Virus record (IMG/VR): IMGVR_UViG_3300045999_010033
Span: 157,096-221,095 of that record
Direction: 5' to 3' (one strand)
DNA length: 64,000 nucleotides
A program made the translations under genes and the position numbers. The notes below the pieces were generated by a model that worked only from the letters and a program-made list of their open reading frames with translations, was not told the origin of the DNA and searched no databases. Positions within the stretch are counted from its first letter, which is position 1. Each line of letters opens with the position of its first letter. Shown here one piece after another: positions 26,505-37,800 of this stretch.

Positions 26505-29500
26505 TTATTCATAAAATATTCCTAAAAGCTGATTTAATGGAGCGAATGTGCCTGTAAGTTTATAAGTCTTTCCGTTATAAACAAATACAATACCTTCTGC
26601 TGCTACTATTTTATCTACCCCACCCAATGAGTTTAATCTTTCTAATTCGTTTTTGAATTTTTTAATTATAGATGTGTCTCCGGTTTGTTTTACTTTTTGT
26701 GCAACTGAATCCAATTTCGTTTTCATAGCACGAATGGCAGTATCGGGGTGCACAGTTATTACTGATGTTACAAATTGTAAAACTTCAGAACCTACTCCCA
26801 AAAATATTTCTTCAAACGGTTTTATATTATCACGTTGTTGTTTTGGAACATTTATCTTATCGTGCTCTATTGTCCAATTTTGCAATGTTTTATCTGATAT
26901 TGTATTTAACCTAAAAGATTTTTCTCCAAATCCCCATCTGCGGATTAGTGCTTCTTTTGTAAGTTTATCGGGCTTAACGGGTGATTGCTTATCTATAAAA
27001 TCTGCCCACCATGCGTAGTGATAATCCGAAACGGAAGCAGAATCAGAAAGTCCAAATTTAGATTGTAGTTTGTTTAATTTTCCAAACCAATATCCTTGCT
27101 TCGATGAAAGCTCTTTACTTTTTGGAAGTTCTAAAACCGGAGGACCTGCTATCGTATATTTGGATTGCACATTTGCGTTGATTTGTTTTATCATGCCTGC
27201 CAATACTCTTGCGCTAGATTGGTCGGCGCTTATTGCCTTACCCGCATCATCATAACACACCGTTCCATGAAATACTAATAATGCCTGTCCGTATGGTATT
27301 ACGTTTACTGATTCTGGCCATATAACTTCAAGATTCATAAAACATTTCCCATTATTAAATATCTTTTCTTTTTGTTTTTCTGAAAGCCCACCTATTGCGG
27401 CGTTAAGGTCTTTCATTGCAAAATTATACGCATCGGTTAATCCACCACGACCTGCAAATTTAGATGCTACATCTTCTATACCCATTGCGTTTGCTCCTGC
27501 ATTTGCAAGATGTCCTTTGTTACGTGCGGCAATCAATCTTCCATTCTTCCAACTTATTGCCAAAGCCTGTCCGTCGGTTTTTTCACGAGCCAATTCCAAA
27601 CGACCACTTAGTGCGCCAGATATAATACGTTTAAGGTCACCAAACGTAAGCCCCATATCATCAAATGGATGTGACATGTGTCCATACGCACCACCTTCTT
27701 GTAATAGAGAAACTATACGATGCTCATATCCTCTTTCACGAATTACATCAACCGGTCTAATTGCCTTTGGTTTTACATATACATCTGGATAAGAGTATGG
27801 GTTTGGTCTTGAATTAAATGGATACATTTCCCATTTATCTGCTTTATCTTTTGCATATGCATCTCCTTTAGATGGATGAATTGTACGTTTAGCAGGTCCG
27901 TTTTCCTCTCTTGGATTATTAACCGGTATATTTTTTGCTGCCTTTTTAGCATCACGTTTTGAACTATATTCTAATACATCATATCCTACTATTTCAGCGT
28001 GCTTTTTTCCATATTTATCGTGCTTTTCCCAATCAGGAGAATATGGAGATCTGAAACTTTCCCCATTACTTGTCCCATCTACTACGGCTTCATTTACAAA
28101 ATTCTTTTTATTGAATTTAGTTGGTTTAAAATCAGTACGTGGTAAGTTCTTAACACGCCAAATTACATATGGTTGGTCTTGCTCATCATCACCGAATATA
28201 GTATCCGCAGTTGGGAAATCAATTTGAATATATCCGCCATTAGTAAACCACTCATCGGATTTATTTATACCATCATTGTTACCCAATTTTCTTTTATATC
28301 CTTTTGGTAAAAACATACCATCGGGTTGGTCATCATTAAATGCACCCTGAATACTTGTTGCTTCGTTTATAATTCCCTCTTGGAATATCTTTTTATTAAT
28401 CTTACCATATTCACGCATTAGTATTCCGGCCACCGCATGGGCTTTATTTTCAACAGAAGAGCCAGTCTTACCATCCTCTGCCCTATCTTTAATAATGCCC
28501 ATTTCATCTTGCTTACGATGTACCATTTCATGCGCAATCGTTCTTAAAATATCGGCAGTTAGGCGACCTTCGGTTGAAACGAATATTTCTTTTGTATTAT
28601 CATCGTATCCACCAAGAGATGTTTGTGATTCTGCGAACTCACCACCACCTACTAAATTGATTTTAGGTCTTTCATTTAGTTTCAATCGCTTTGTAGCATA
28701 TTCAACGAAATGATTTATTGATTCGGTTTTACTATCCAATGCATCTTCGGTTTCTCCGGTTTCGGGATTGTGATGTGAAAACGTTTTGTGCCAAATTTTA
28801 GATTTTTCTATTGCCCTTGCAGGATTAAGTTTATCTATTTTTTGTTGTGGTGATAATCTTCTATTAAACATTCCGGTAGCAGGAACATAATGTTCTTCAT
28901 TCAATAAATCTGCTGCGTTTCTTTTTGGTTCTTCTTTTTTATAACTTTTTATAGATTGTAATAATTGCGCATCGGTTAATTTGTATGTTTCTACACGTTT
29001 AATAACTTTTTCTAAAAAGTTTATTATAAATTTATTGTTACCATCTTGGGTTGATGAAATTTCGAACAAACCCATTGTTGCAGTAGATAGTGCCGCACCA
29101 CCACCCGCTGCTTGCGCACCACCAAATCCCAATGTTTCAAGTGCAGCATGCTTCACAATATCTTTTCCCAAATGAATACCAAACCCACCAAATCCATGTG
29201 TAAAAACACCAACTGAACCTTGTGCTGCTGCACTTGCAACTCCTAACGCACCTTGACCAGCGCTAACCGCTTTGGCCGCCGCTACACCTGCGCCACCTAA
29301 CATCATAGACCCCATTAACAATCCAACATCAATTGCAAAATGTTTGACATGATGTAATTGTTCTTTTCGTTTTTCATCGGAATAATCCCACTTTCCGGTT
29401 TGCTTATTTTTTACAGAACCAATCTTTTGTCCATTAGCCAATGCTTTAACTGCATCAACAGTTCCACCAATCATTTCTTTTTTGTGATGCGCCCACTTTT

Positions 29501-30800
29501 TTATTCCTTTACCAAAACCTTTAATGGCAGATTTTAATCTGGTCATCATTCCTTTTCTCTCCGGTGATTGTGGATTATTTATTTGTTCTATTGTTTTAGT
29601 TTCTTCATCAGATAACTTACTTTTTTCCGAATCCAATTGAGTTTTAATTTCTTCTTTTTCTTTTTCTGATTCCGGCTTTTCGGCATTTGTTTTAAAATCA
29701 GAACCTGATAGTTTATTAGGGTCTTCAGTTGGCTCTTCTGCTCCTGTCGTTTTTGGCTCTGAATCACTTGTGGGCTTTTCTGAAGCCGGTTTCTTTTCTT
29801 GATTGGTAGAGGCAGATGGTTCTTCTTTTGATGATGTCTTTTTATCTTTGCCAGTAAGCTTTTCTGCCTCTACGTGAGCTGGATGATCTTTGGCTAATCT
29901 AAGAGCTGCTCTTACTTTTATTTTTTTCTTTTCTCCTGCGGCGTTTGTATATTCAATTTCTTTATCCATTATAGGATTTTCCGATTCTGCCTCACCTAAA
30001 TAATTTGAAATAAAATCATTAAATATATCTTCGGCGGCAGCTCTTTCTATAATTGAAAAAATTGGATTGTATAATTCTGTCTCATCAATTGTTCTAAATG
30101 TAGTTGCCTGCTTTCCGTTTATGGTTGGCATTCCATGAGAATCTGATGATATATCTTTTACTTTCACCTTTTTGTTTTTGAATTTACCCATAAGAACGTT
30201 ATCTCCGACATCAACTCCTACTTTAATATTTTCACCGATTAATCGTTTTCTAATTAGGTCAAAAATACCTTTATCAAATTTTGAATATACTTTTTTAAAG
30301 TATTCTATGGCAGTTTTTTCATCTGCGCCACCAATATTTTTTCTTACATCAGTTCCACTAATTGCTTCTGCTTGTGGCGGCACTAAATACGTGTATCCAA
30401 TTTCTTTATAACCATAGCCCGCTTTACCACGATATGGTTTAAAATATGAACCACCTAATCTTTCTGCATCTTTTTCTCCAACTGCTGCAACGTATTGTGT
30501 AGTATCGGCATCAAACTTACTTAATATTTCAACTGGATTGTATGGATTTTTAACCATAACAAATCTATTAGCTGGAATATCAAACATTGTAGTTGCTATC
30601 TTTTTCTTTTCTTTAAAGTTAAAAGGAGATTTAGGTTGGGAAGTCGTATTTGAAGACCCAATGAAAACGTTACCAGCACCAAACTTACTAACTAAATTTT
30701 TATATGCTGCATAATGCCCTTTGTGGAATGGTTGAAATCTACCACTATATACTACTATTGTTTTTTTTACTTTTGGTTTATCTACTTCTGTTATATTCAT
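26505..30800 (-). CDS. 1,431-aa multidomain protein: HIGH-motif nucleotidyltransferase, hydrophobic Gly-rich segment, HExxH metallopeptidase-like and ligase-like (EKxDG) domains
   Basis: SGRFQPFHKGH and ISGTDVRK; ILRTIAHEMVH (28518-28532); REKTDGQ (27570-27584), MNLEVI, EGIVF. Confidence 0.75.
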   Translation of the reverse strand: MNITEVDKPKVKKTIVVYSGRFQPFHKGHYAAYKNLVSKFGAGNVFIGSSNTTSQPKSPFNFKEKKKIATTMFDIPANRFVMVKNPYNPVEILSKFDADTTQYVAAVGEKDAERLGGSYFKPYRGKAGYGYKEIGYTYLVPPQAEAISGTDVRKNIGGADEKTAIEYFKKVYSKFDKGIFDLIRKRLIGENIKVGVDVGDNVLMGKFKNKKVKVKDISSDSHGMPTINGKQATTFRTIDETELYNPIFSIIERAAAEDIFNDFISNYLGEAESENPIMDKEIEYTNAAGEKKKIKVRAALRLAKDHPAHVEAEKLTGKDKKTSSKEEPSASTNQEKKPASEKPTSDSEPKTTGAEEPTEDPNKLSGSDFKTNAEKPESEKEKEEIKTQLDSEKSKLSDEETKTIEQINNPQSPERKGMMTRLKSAIKGFGKGIKKWAHHKKEMIGGTVDAVKALANGQKIGSVKNKQTGKWDYSDEKRKEQLHHVKHFAIDVGLLMGSMMLGGAGVAAAKAVSAGQGALGVASAAAQGSVGVFTHGFGGFGIHLGKDIVKHAALETLGFGGAQAAGGGAALSTATMGLFEISSTQDGNNKFIINFLEKVIKRVETYKLTDAQLLQSIKSYKKEEPKRNAADLLNEEHYVPATGMFNRRLSPQQKIDKLNPARAIEKSKIWHKTFSHHNPETGETEDALDSKTESINHFVEYATKRLKLNERPKINLVGGGEFAESQTSLGGYDDNTKEIFVSTEGRLTADILRTIAHEMVHRKQDEMGIIKDRAEDGKTGSSVENKAHAVAGILMREYGKINKKIFQEGIINEATSIQGAFNDDQPDGMFLPKGYKRKLGNNDGINKSDEWFTNGGYIQIDFPTADTIFGDDEQDQPYVIWRVKNLPRTDFKPTKFNKKNFVNEAVVDGTSNGESFRSPYSPDWEKHDKYGKKHAEIVGYDVLEYSSKRDAKKAAKNIPVNNPREENGPAKRTIHPSKGDAYAKDKADKWEMYPFNSRPNPYSYPDVYVKPKAIRPVDVIRERGYEHRIVSLLQEGGAYGHMSHPFDDMGLTFGDLKRIISGALSGRLELAREKTDGQALAISWKNGRLIAARNKGHLANAGANAMGIEDVASKFAGRGGLTDAYNFAMKDLNAAIGGLSEKQKEKIFNNGKCFMNLEVIWPESVNVIPYGQALLVFHGTVCYDDAGKAISADQSSARVLAGMIKQINANVQSKYTIAGPPVLELPKSKELSSKQGYWFGKLNKLQSKFGLSDSASVSDYHYAWWADFIDKQSPVKPDKLTKEALIRRWGFGEKSFRLNTISDKTLQNWTIEHDKINVPKQQRDNIKPFEEIFLGVGSEVLQFVTSVITVHPDTAIRAMKTKLDSVAQKVKQTGDTSIIKKFKNELERLNSLGGVDKIVAAEGIVFVYNGKTYKLTGTFAPLNQLLGIFYE

Positions 30801-30871
30801 ATTAATAAATATCTTTTTTTATTGAAATATTATTATTACTATTTTTTTAATCGAACATACGAAATTTTTTT

Positions 30872-33800
30872 CTAATTACCAATTTTATTTTGTAACTCTT
30901 CTACTTTTTGAGTAAGTTCTTGTACAGCTTTCCATAAAACAAATACTAAATCGGATGTACTAATATTATCTATCTTTCCATCCATTACACCAACAAATTC
31001 TGGTAAGCCAATATCATGTAGTTCTTCGGCTATAATACCAATCATTTTCGCATCTCCATCGGATTGAGATTTAAAATTATATTCACGTATAGGTAATTCG
31101 TTAACCATAGATAATACAGATTTATCCCAATTTTTAATATTTTTTTTATATTTTTTACTAGATGTTCTCCTAACAATGTATCCAGTATCTGCTCCATTTT
31201 GAACCCATTGTACATCAACAAATGGATTCACTCCCGGTGATGAAACATCGGATGTTCTTAACATATTAGGTAAAAACAATGTTGGTCTAGTACTTTTGTG
31301 AGTTAATATTCCGATGTTTGCAGTTCCCCATGATATTGTGTTATCAACTGCAATTGATGAATAATTTGCTACTGCTCCTGCCGGCAAAATTATTTTTCCA
31401 TCGTTTAATCTTATATTTCCTTTTTGTATTACTAATGCATCTTTATTGGCATCATCAACCGTGTGTATAACCTTCCCGGCAATTCTAGCTGATACCAAAT
31501 CAGAACCGTCAGTATCATCTCTTTTTATTCTGAAATATTTGTTTTCATTTTTCAACATCTGAAACCCATCATTTGTTAATTCTATTAAATCAATTTCAGA
31601 TGTTGCAGTAAAATTGGCGTTATCCCAAATTGTTGAATTTATGTTTATACTCGGCTCTTGTGTTGTATTATTATTAGACCAAAAAGGACCGGATATAGTA
31701 TAAAAAGTATATAATGTATACACGTTATTCGGTGGGGTCGCAGTTGGAAAAGTTAATAATACATTTGAAGCAAATGTATTATCTATGGATACTACTTGGT
31801 TTGATCCAGATACAGTTACACCATTTCCAAATAGAGTAAAAATTGGTATATCGGCCGAATCTCTTATTTGAATTCCCCTATCAAAGCTTACATATCCTTC
31901 AAACGTATCGTTTGTTTCTATTAAAGGATTGCCAATGGAATCCCATCCAATTGTTAAATAGTAAGTTAGAGCACCATTGGGATTAATTGTTATCGTATCA
32001 TACGTTGGTGAATAATTAAAAGTACCATCAAAATAGTCAGTACCGGTCTTAGTTTCACCTTGTATTGTTATAGCAGGTGTACTTCCACTAATTGTATTAG
32101 TATTCGCAGATATAGATGATAACTCGCCATAACGTATATCTACACGCTTTTTAGAATTTTCATCAAATAATCCAATTGAAGGTATTTTGGGATTTAATAC
32201 AATTTTACTAGAACTATCTCTCAAAGAATCCCTATCGATAATCCATCCAGCAATTCTACCATCAGTTGCTACAACACTTCCGGATATTGTTAAATTTGCT
32301 CCATCCCAAAGAAGTGCGTTACTACCATTACGAATTGACATCTTTGGACTACCACTATCGAATCCTAAAAATATTCCATCGGTATTGTACGCAGAAGCGC
32401 TTATTTTTATACTTGGATTTTTACGTGTAGGATGATCGGAATCTAAAGCAATGACAGGAGTTCCACCTTTTGCACCTATATTAATTGTTCGGTTTGCATA
32501 AACATCTTGAGCAAAAAGAATATCAGTTGCTACCGAATCAAATTGTGCACTAAAATTATCCCAACTAGCAGACCATTGAGAGCCAACACTATTTCCCGTA
32601 TTATCATCGGATGGACGTGTACCAATTGTTGATGTATGACTTACTGCGCATAAATAATATCTATCAATCAAACTTGAGCCATTCCAATATTTTCCCAATA
32701 CAACATCACGTCGGGTATCGGTTCTATAATAATCGGTACTTGCCGACCATTCACCCCTATACACTACTCCTGGTCCGGTTTGTCCTACTTTACCTTCATT
32801 GAGTCTAAAAACTGTAGCGTATCTCTCAATGCCATCGGCAGACGCAGTATATGTTATACTACCAACCTTATATCCAGTTAATGACCCCGAAAAACTTTGC
32901 GATGTTAATATATAAAGTCCATCGTTAATTTTATTTAAAGTACCGGGGTATGGTGTTAGATTTTTTGGTATAAGACTTCCGGTATCATCATATGCAGATG
33001 AATAAAATGTTATAGAGCCGGTAATAGCAATTGGCTTTACTATAAAATTTATAAGATTAGGAAACGCTAAAGTACCGGATGCGTTAAATGCAAATGAATT
33101 ATTTGTTAATGTTAATTCTATGTCCTTTCCTGCCACTATATCATTACCACCTACAAATGTAAATGATTGCCTTAAATCTATTGGAACAAAATTATTGTTT
33201 ATATCGTAAAATTCAAACTTAAATTCAAACTTTTCGTTTGATATTTTATTTGGAACATTTACATTTAGTGTAACTTCGTTTGGAGAAAATGATGTTTCGG
33301 AAGCTGTAGATAATGATACATCTGTCAATTGCCAAACACCTGATTTAACTACAAAGAAAAGCCTACCACCACCAGTTTTATCTGCTTTAAAATTAATTTG
33401 TTGCTTATCAAATCTCCTAAAATTGGTGGGGGTTGTTATTGTAGTTAAACGCTTTCCATATCCAAAGTTAATATCGGTATCTACAAAAGAAGACCCGGTC
33501 ATATACACTTCTAAATTTCCGTAGTTTGCAACGGATGATGATAGTAATGGTGTAAAATCTAATTGATATTCAGTGCCCTCTGTAAAATTAATTGATTCGG
33601 ATGTAGCAAAATAAATCAATCCATTTGTGGTATTACTATCAGTTTGTGGAATTAATTTTACTGATTTATTTAAATACGTATCATCTACTTGCCAATCCGA
33701 TGGTGTGCTGATTGATCCAGTTATCCAAAACGCATCCAATATAGGGTCAGTAAATATTCCTTTTCTTACATTTAATGATGAAGAAAATGTTTCGGCAATT

Positions 33801-34813
33801 AATAAATCCGCACTCTCCAATTGAACATCTTCTAACAACTCAAAATCACCAAGCCAGTTTTGACTTTTGGCAAATACCTTTACACGATGCACATCACCGG
33901 TAAATGTATTCAAATCAGTTATTTTGATACGTGCAAAAGAACTATCAATATTTGAATCAAATACTAATGATGTATTTTCATATGAAGCAGTAAATGATGC
34001 AGATATAAAGTTTTTTACCTCTTGGTAATATGGACTAGTAGAACTTGTTTCATAATAAGGTATATTTACAACCGCAAGTTTGGATGTGTAAATATCCGAT
34101 AATGTAGGAGAAAAGGATTGGGGGAGTCCATCTACTTGTATTTGCAATCCTTCCATAGATTGAGAAAAAATTGTATCATCATTTATTCTCAATTGGTAAT
34201 TTACTGCACCATTGAAAGTTCTATAATCATCTCCTGGCGCAGGATTTATTGCGTATCCATCTATACTACTACTTACTGTTACTATTAATGGACTCCTATT
34301 ATATATTGGAAGTATTTGTTCTGTAATTTCAAACTTCGGAGTTTTATAAAATCTTATTTTAGTAGTGTTACGAAGATTTGGATTTACTTCAATTACCTTT
34401 TGCCACTTTACGTTATATGAATCTTTCCAAATATCCGGCACCGGTGTTATAGACCCATTTTGATCTACATAATCACTTAATTCTCCCAATATCGTTATGG
34501 TACACGGACCAAAGGCAGTATCGGGATAAATATGGACCGATACCACCTTTGATACACCATCGTATGGCTCTGGATTTCCTTTGGCAGGTTCATAGTAAAT
34601 GGTTTCACCTGCCGAATCCTTTATTTCTAGTTTTACTTCAGTACCGTTAACTAAAAATTCAGAACCTTGTATAAGGAATGCGTTTTTACCACCGGTAAAT
34701 GTATCCGGCAATTCAGTAACTCTAAAATATTTTGAGTTTGCATCCGTATCTAAAACCAGTGTGTTTACTCTATCTAAATTCTGTTTAAATAGTGTCTTTT
34801 TTAATATAGCCAT
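30872..34813 (-). CDS. Tail fibre/spike protein with C-terminal intramolecular chaperone (peptidase S74-like)
   Basis: TSSKKYKKNIK..YNFK..IGIIAEEL..LWKAVQELTQKVEEL at the C-terminus; YRGEWSAS..Y carbohydrate-binding-like motif. Confidence 0.75.
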   Translation of the reverse strand: MAILKKTLFKQNLDRVNTLVLDTDANSKYFRVTELPDTFTGGKNAFLIQGSEFLVNGTEVKLEIKDSAGETIYYEPAKGNPEPYDGVSKVVSVHIYPDTAFGPCTITILGELSDYVDQNGSITPVPDIWKDSYNVKWQKVIEVNPNLRNTTKIRFYKTPKFEITEQILPIYNRSPLIVTVSSSIDGYAINPAPGDDYRTFNGAVNYQLRINDDTIFSQSMEGLQIQVDGLPQSFSPTLSDIYTSKLAVVNIPYYETSSTSPYYQEVKNFISASFTASYENTSLVFDSNIDSSFARIKITDLNTFTGDVHRVKVFAKSQNWLGDFELLEDVQLESADLLIAETFSSSLNVRKGIFTDPILDAFWITGSISTPSDWQVDDTYLNKSVKLIPQTDSNTTNGLIYFATSESINFTEGTEYQLDFTPLLSSSVANYGNLEVYMTGSSFVDTDINFGYGKRLTTITTPTNFRRFDKQQINFKADKTGGGRLFFVVKSGVWQLTDVSLSTASETSFSPNEVTLNVNVPNKISNEKFEFKFEFYDINNNFVPIDLRQSFTFVGGNDIVAGKDIELTLTNNSFAFNASGTLAFPNLINFIVKPIAITGSITFYSSAYDDTGSLIPKNLTPYPGTLNKINDGLYILTSQSFSGSLTGYKVGSITYTASADGIERYATVFRLNEGKVGQTGPGVVYRGEWSASTDYYRTDTRRDVVLGKYWNGSSLIDRYYLCAVSHTSTIGTRPSDDNTGNSVGSQWSASWDNFSAQFDSVATDILFAQDVYANRTINIGAKGGTPVIALDSDHPTRKNPSIKISASAYNTDGIFLGFDSGSPKMSIRNGSNALLWDGANLTISGSVVATDGRIAGWIIDRDSLRDSSSKIVLNPKIPSIGLFDENSKKRVDIRYGELSSISANTNTISGSTPAITIQGETKTGTDYFDGTFNYSPTYDTITINPNGALTYYLTIGWDSIGNPLIETNDTFEGYVSFDRGIQIRDSADIPIFTLFGNGVTVSGSNQVVSIDNTFASNVLLTFPTATPPNNVYTLYTFYTISGPFWSNNNTTQEPSININSTIWDNANFTATSEIDLIELTNDGFQMLKNENKYFRIKRDDTDGSDLVSARIAGKVIHTVDDANKDALVIQKGNIRLNDGKIILPAGAVANYSSIAVDNTISWGTANIGILTHKSTRPTLFLPNMLRTSDVSSPGVNPFVDVQWVQNGADTGYIVRRTSSKKYKKNIKNWDKSVLSMVNELPIREYNFKSQSDGDAKMIGIIAEELHDIGLPEFVGVMDGKIDNISTSDLVFVLWKAVQELTQKVEELQNKIGN

Positions 34814-34859
34814 TAAAGAATATTTTTTTATAAATATTCCTAAAACTGATTATATATCT

Positions 34860-37800
34860 TTATCCACGTATTGAACTATATCCACCTATCTTTTTAATCT
34901 CGACAATGCCATCAACCATATCTCTCATTTGGTCAAGGTGTGAAATAATCCAAATAAAATCAAATTGAGTTTTTAGATATTGCATCATCATAAATAGGGA
35001 TGAGATGTTATCTGAATCCAATGTGCCAAACCCTTCATCAATTACGAGGAAGTTGGGTCTAGGAAGGTTGCATATGTTAATTAGAGCCACTCTAATTGCC
35101 AATCCACTAATAAACTTCTCCATACCACTCGACATTTCAAGAGCCCATTCTTGGTCATCGTAAACGATTCTAGCGTTAATGTTCTTACCATCCACATTCA
35201 TAACGATATTGAAATCCACAACCTGTCCAAGAATGTTATTAACTTCACTTTCTATTATTGGTAAGGCTTTAGATATTAATTCATATGGTATGCCATCTTT
35301 TTTAACGGCATCCAAATAGCACTCATATAAATGATATTTATCTTCCAAATCTTTTACTTCTTTTATCTTTGCTCTACAACTATCTATATAAGATTTTATT
35401 GTTGCCATCTTTGAAGTTAGAGATGATAGTTCACTATTTTTTACCTTAATGATTTTATCCAATTCGGTATTGGTTTCTTCTAATGCAGAAAGTTTAATTT
35501 CAATTTCTTTGTTTTGCTTTATAGTTTCTTCATTTGCATAGTATCTCTTTATACTATCACTAATAGTTTCCAATTGATGATTATATAGCTCATTTTTAGT
35601 TTTCAAAGTTTTAATCTCTTCTTGAACTTTTTCTATAAATGAAAGTAGTTTGTTATATTTTAATTTATTTTCATTTAAGGTATTCCAAATCGTTTCTACA
35701 TCTTTTATGGATTCATATTTCAATTTTAACTCTTCGATTGTATTCAATTTCGATTGTAAATCGGATTCCTCTTTATCCACTTTTTCTTTTGTAGAAATTG
35801 CATCTTTTACAAAAACATTATTTATACAATATTTACAATTTGGGTCATACTCGTGCTTTTCTAAATGAGAAAGCTTTTCCTTATTTAGTTTTATTGATTG
35901 CTTCAATAATTGTATGTTGTGGTTTAGTGTAACAATTTGATTCTTACACGAATCCAATTCATCTTTAGCATCACTTATACTTACTCCATTTATAGTTTGT
36001 GTTTCGTTTATGGTATTAAGTAACGCCTCTGATAAATAATTCAAATCGTTTAACTGCTTTTGTTTAGCACCACTTTCCGTGTCTAACGATTCCAATGCGG
36101 ATAATATATCCTTCTTTTTAGAAATTAATTTATCAATATCATAAACCACATCAACTTTTGCTAATTGTTTATTCAATGATATTATAGATTCTATTACATT
36201 ATCTTTTTTATTAATAGTTTCTGAAATTAATGATTCTAATTCTGAAATTAAAGTTTGGGTTTGCCCCACTTCTAATATTTTATCATTTAATTCAGATGTG
36301 AAATCAGTTCTTTTGAAATTTTTAATTAGAGCACTTACCTCTTTTATTTCATCCGAAGCCGCTTCATGTAATTTATCAAATACATTTAATCCCATAAATT
36401 GAGCAAGTAACTCTTTCCTTTCCGATTGAGATTTATCAATGAATAGGGCGTTGTTTCCTTGCAAAGAAAGAGATGTCAATACAAAATCTTCATAACGTCC
36501 AACGTATTGTTCTATTATCAGATTAGTATCACGACGTTCTGTTCCATTAAGAGATTCGACTCGCCCATCTACAGTTCTCCAAAACTGAACATCTACTTTT
36601 ACATTTTTACCTTTGTTGACAGTGCGTGCTTCTCTACGAATTGAATATGATACACCATTTATTTCAAAATCCAGTTGACACCAAAACGTTGTTTTACGAT
36701 TGTTCATTATGTTGGTAGCCTTAAACGCTCGGCTACATTTATCGTATAGGCAAAATGATATGGAATCAAATAGAGATGATTTTCCTGATGCGTTTGGTGC
36801 AAACAATCCGGTCAATCCATTTATTTTTGTAAAATCAATTTTATTATCTTCACCATATGAAAACATATTACTAAACTCAAAACGAATTGGTTTCCAAAAT
36901 ATATTACGTTGAACATCATCGGTTGATATCCTTCCATTTATTTCGGTGTTTATTGTTTCTATTTTGCGTAAATCACCATCTGTTAGATGTGGAAGCATAC
37001 GATTTAGATAATCGTTTATTAATGAGTTTTGATAATTGATATCACTTACATCATCAAAATCCAATTTAGAGCTTCTATTGCCGGTCTTTACTTTTGAAAT
37101 TGAATCGGTGCGGATAATACTAAAATCTTTTATTTTGTATTTCCTTTTTATTTCCATTACTACTTTTTTAGTAGTAGCAGAATCGGTATTGGAAAGCTTT
37201 ACACGTAGATGCGCATACTTTGGCATATCTAACACATTTGGTACAATACCATTATCAACATTTAGAGTATAATATCCATAATCATTTTGGATATCAATTG
37301 CTTCATAGGTTAAGGTATCCAAATCCCAAACAAGAAACCCATGACCACTTACACTTTCTCCAAAGTTTTGTTGTACAAGAGAACCGGCGTAAACTGCTTT
37401 ACAACCACTTGATGAAATCAACTCTTGCCTTTTATGGATATCGCCCAATAGAGCAATGTCATACCCATCAAACATATCAACCGTGAAATGACGAGATGAA
37501 ACTACATATCCAACATCGGTTTGAGAATGATCAACTGGTCCATGAAATAATGCAATCTTTATTTTTGTATCAATATCATCTGCTTTGGGCCAATTATCTT
37601 TATTATCAAAGATACTGAATACACCAAATCCAACTCCACCATAACTCCAAACTTGTGTATCTTTTAAATAATAAAAGTTTGGCAGGTTAAGTGCATCTAC
37701 CATTGGTGTCAAAACATCAAGCCTATCGGTGTTGTTCATATTACAATCATGATTACCTGCGATAAGAATTGTTGGGCAATGTTTTGTACATTCGGTGAAT

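Noticed and set aside
30240-30770. Calling the nucleotidyltransferase domain a defined NAD-reconstitution anti-defence pathway
   Set aside because: No partner enzyme (e.g. nicotinamide phosphoribosyltransferase) is in the window, and the substrate cannot be inferred from the HIGH motif alone.
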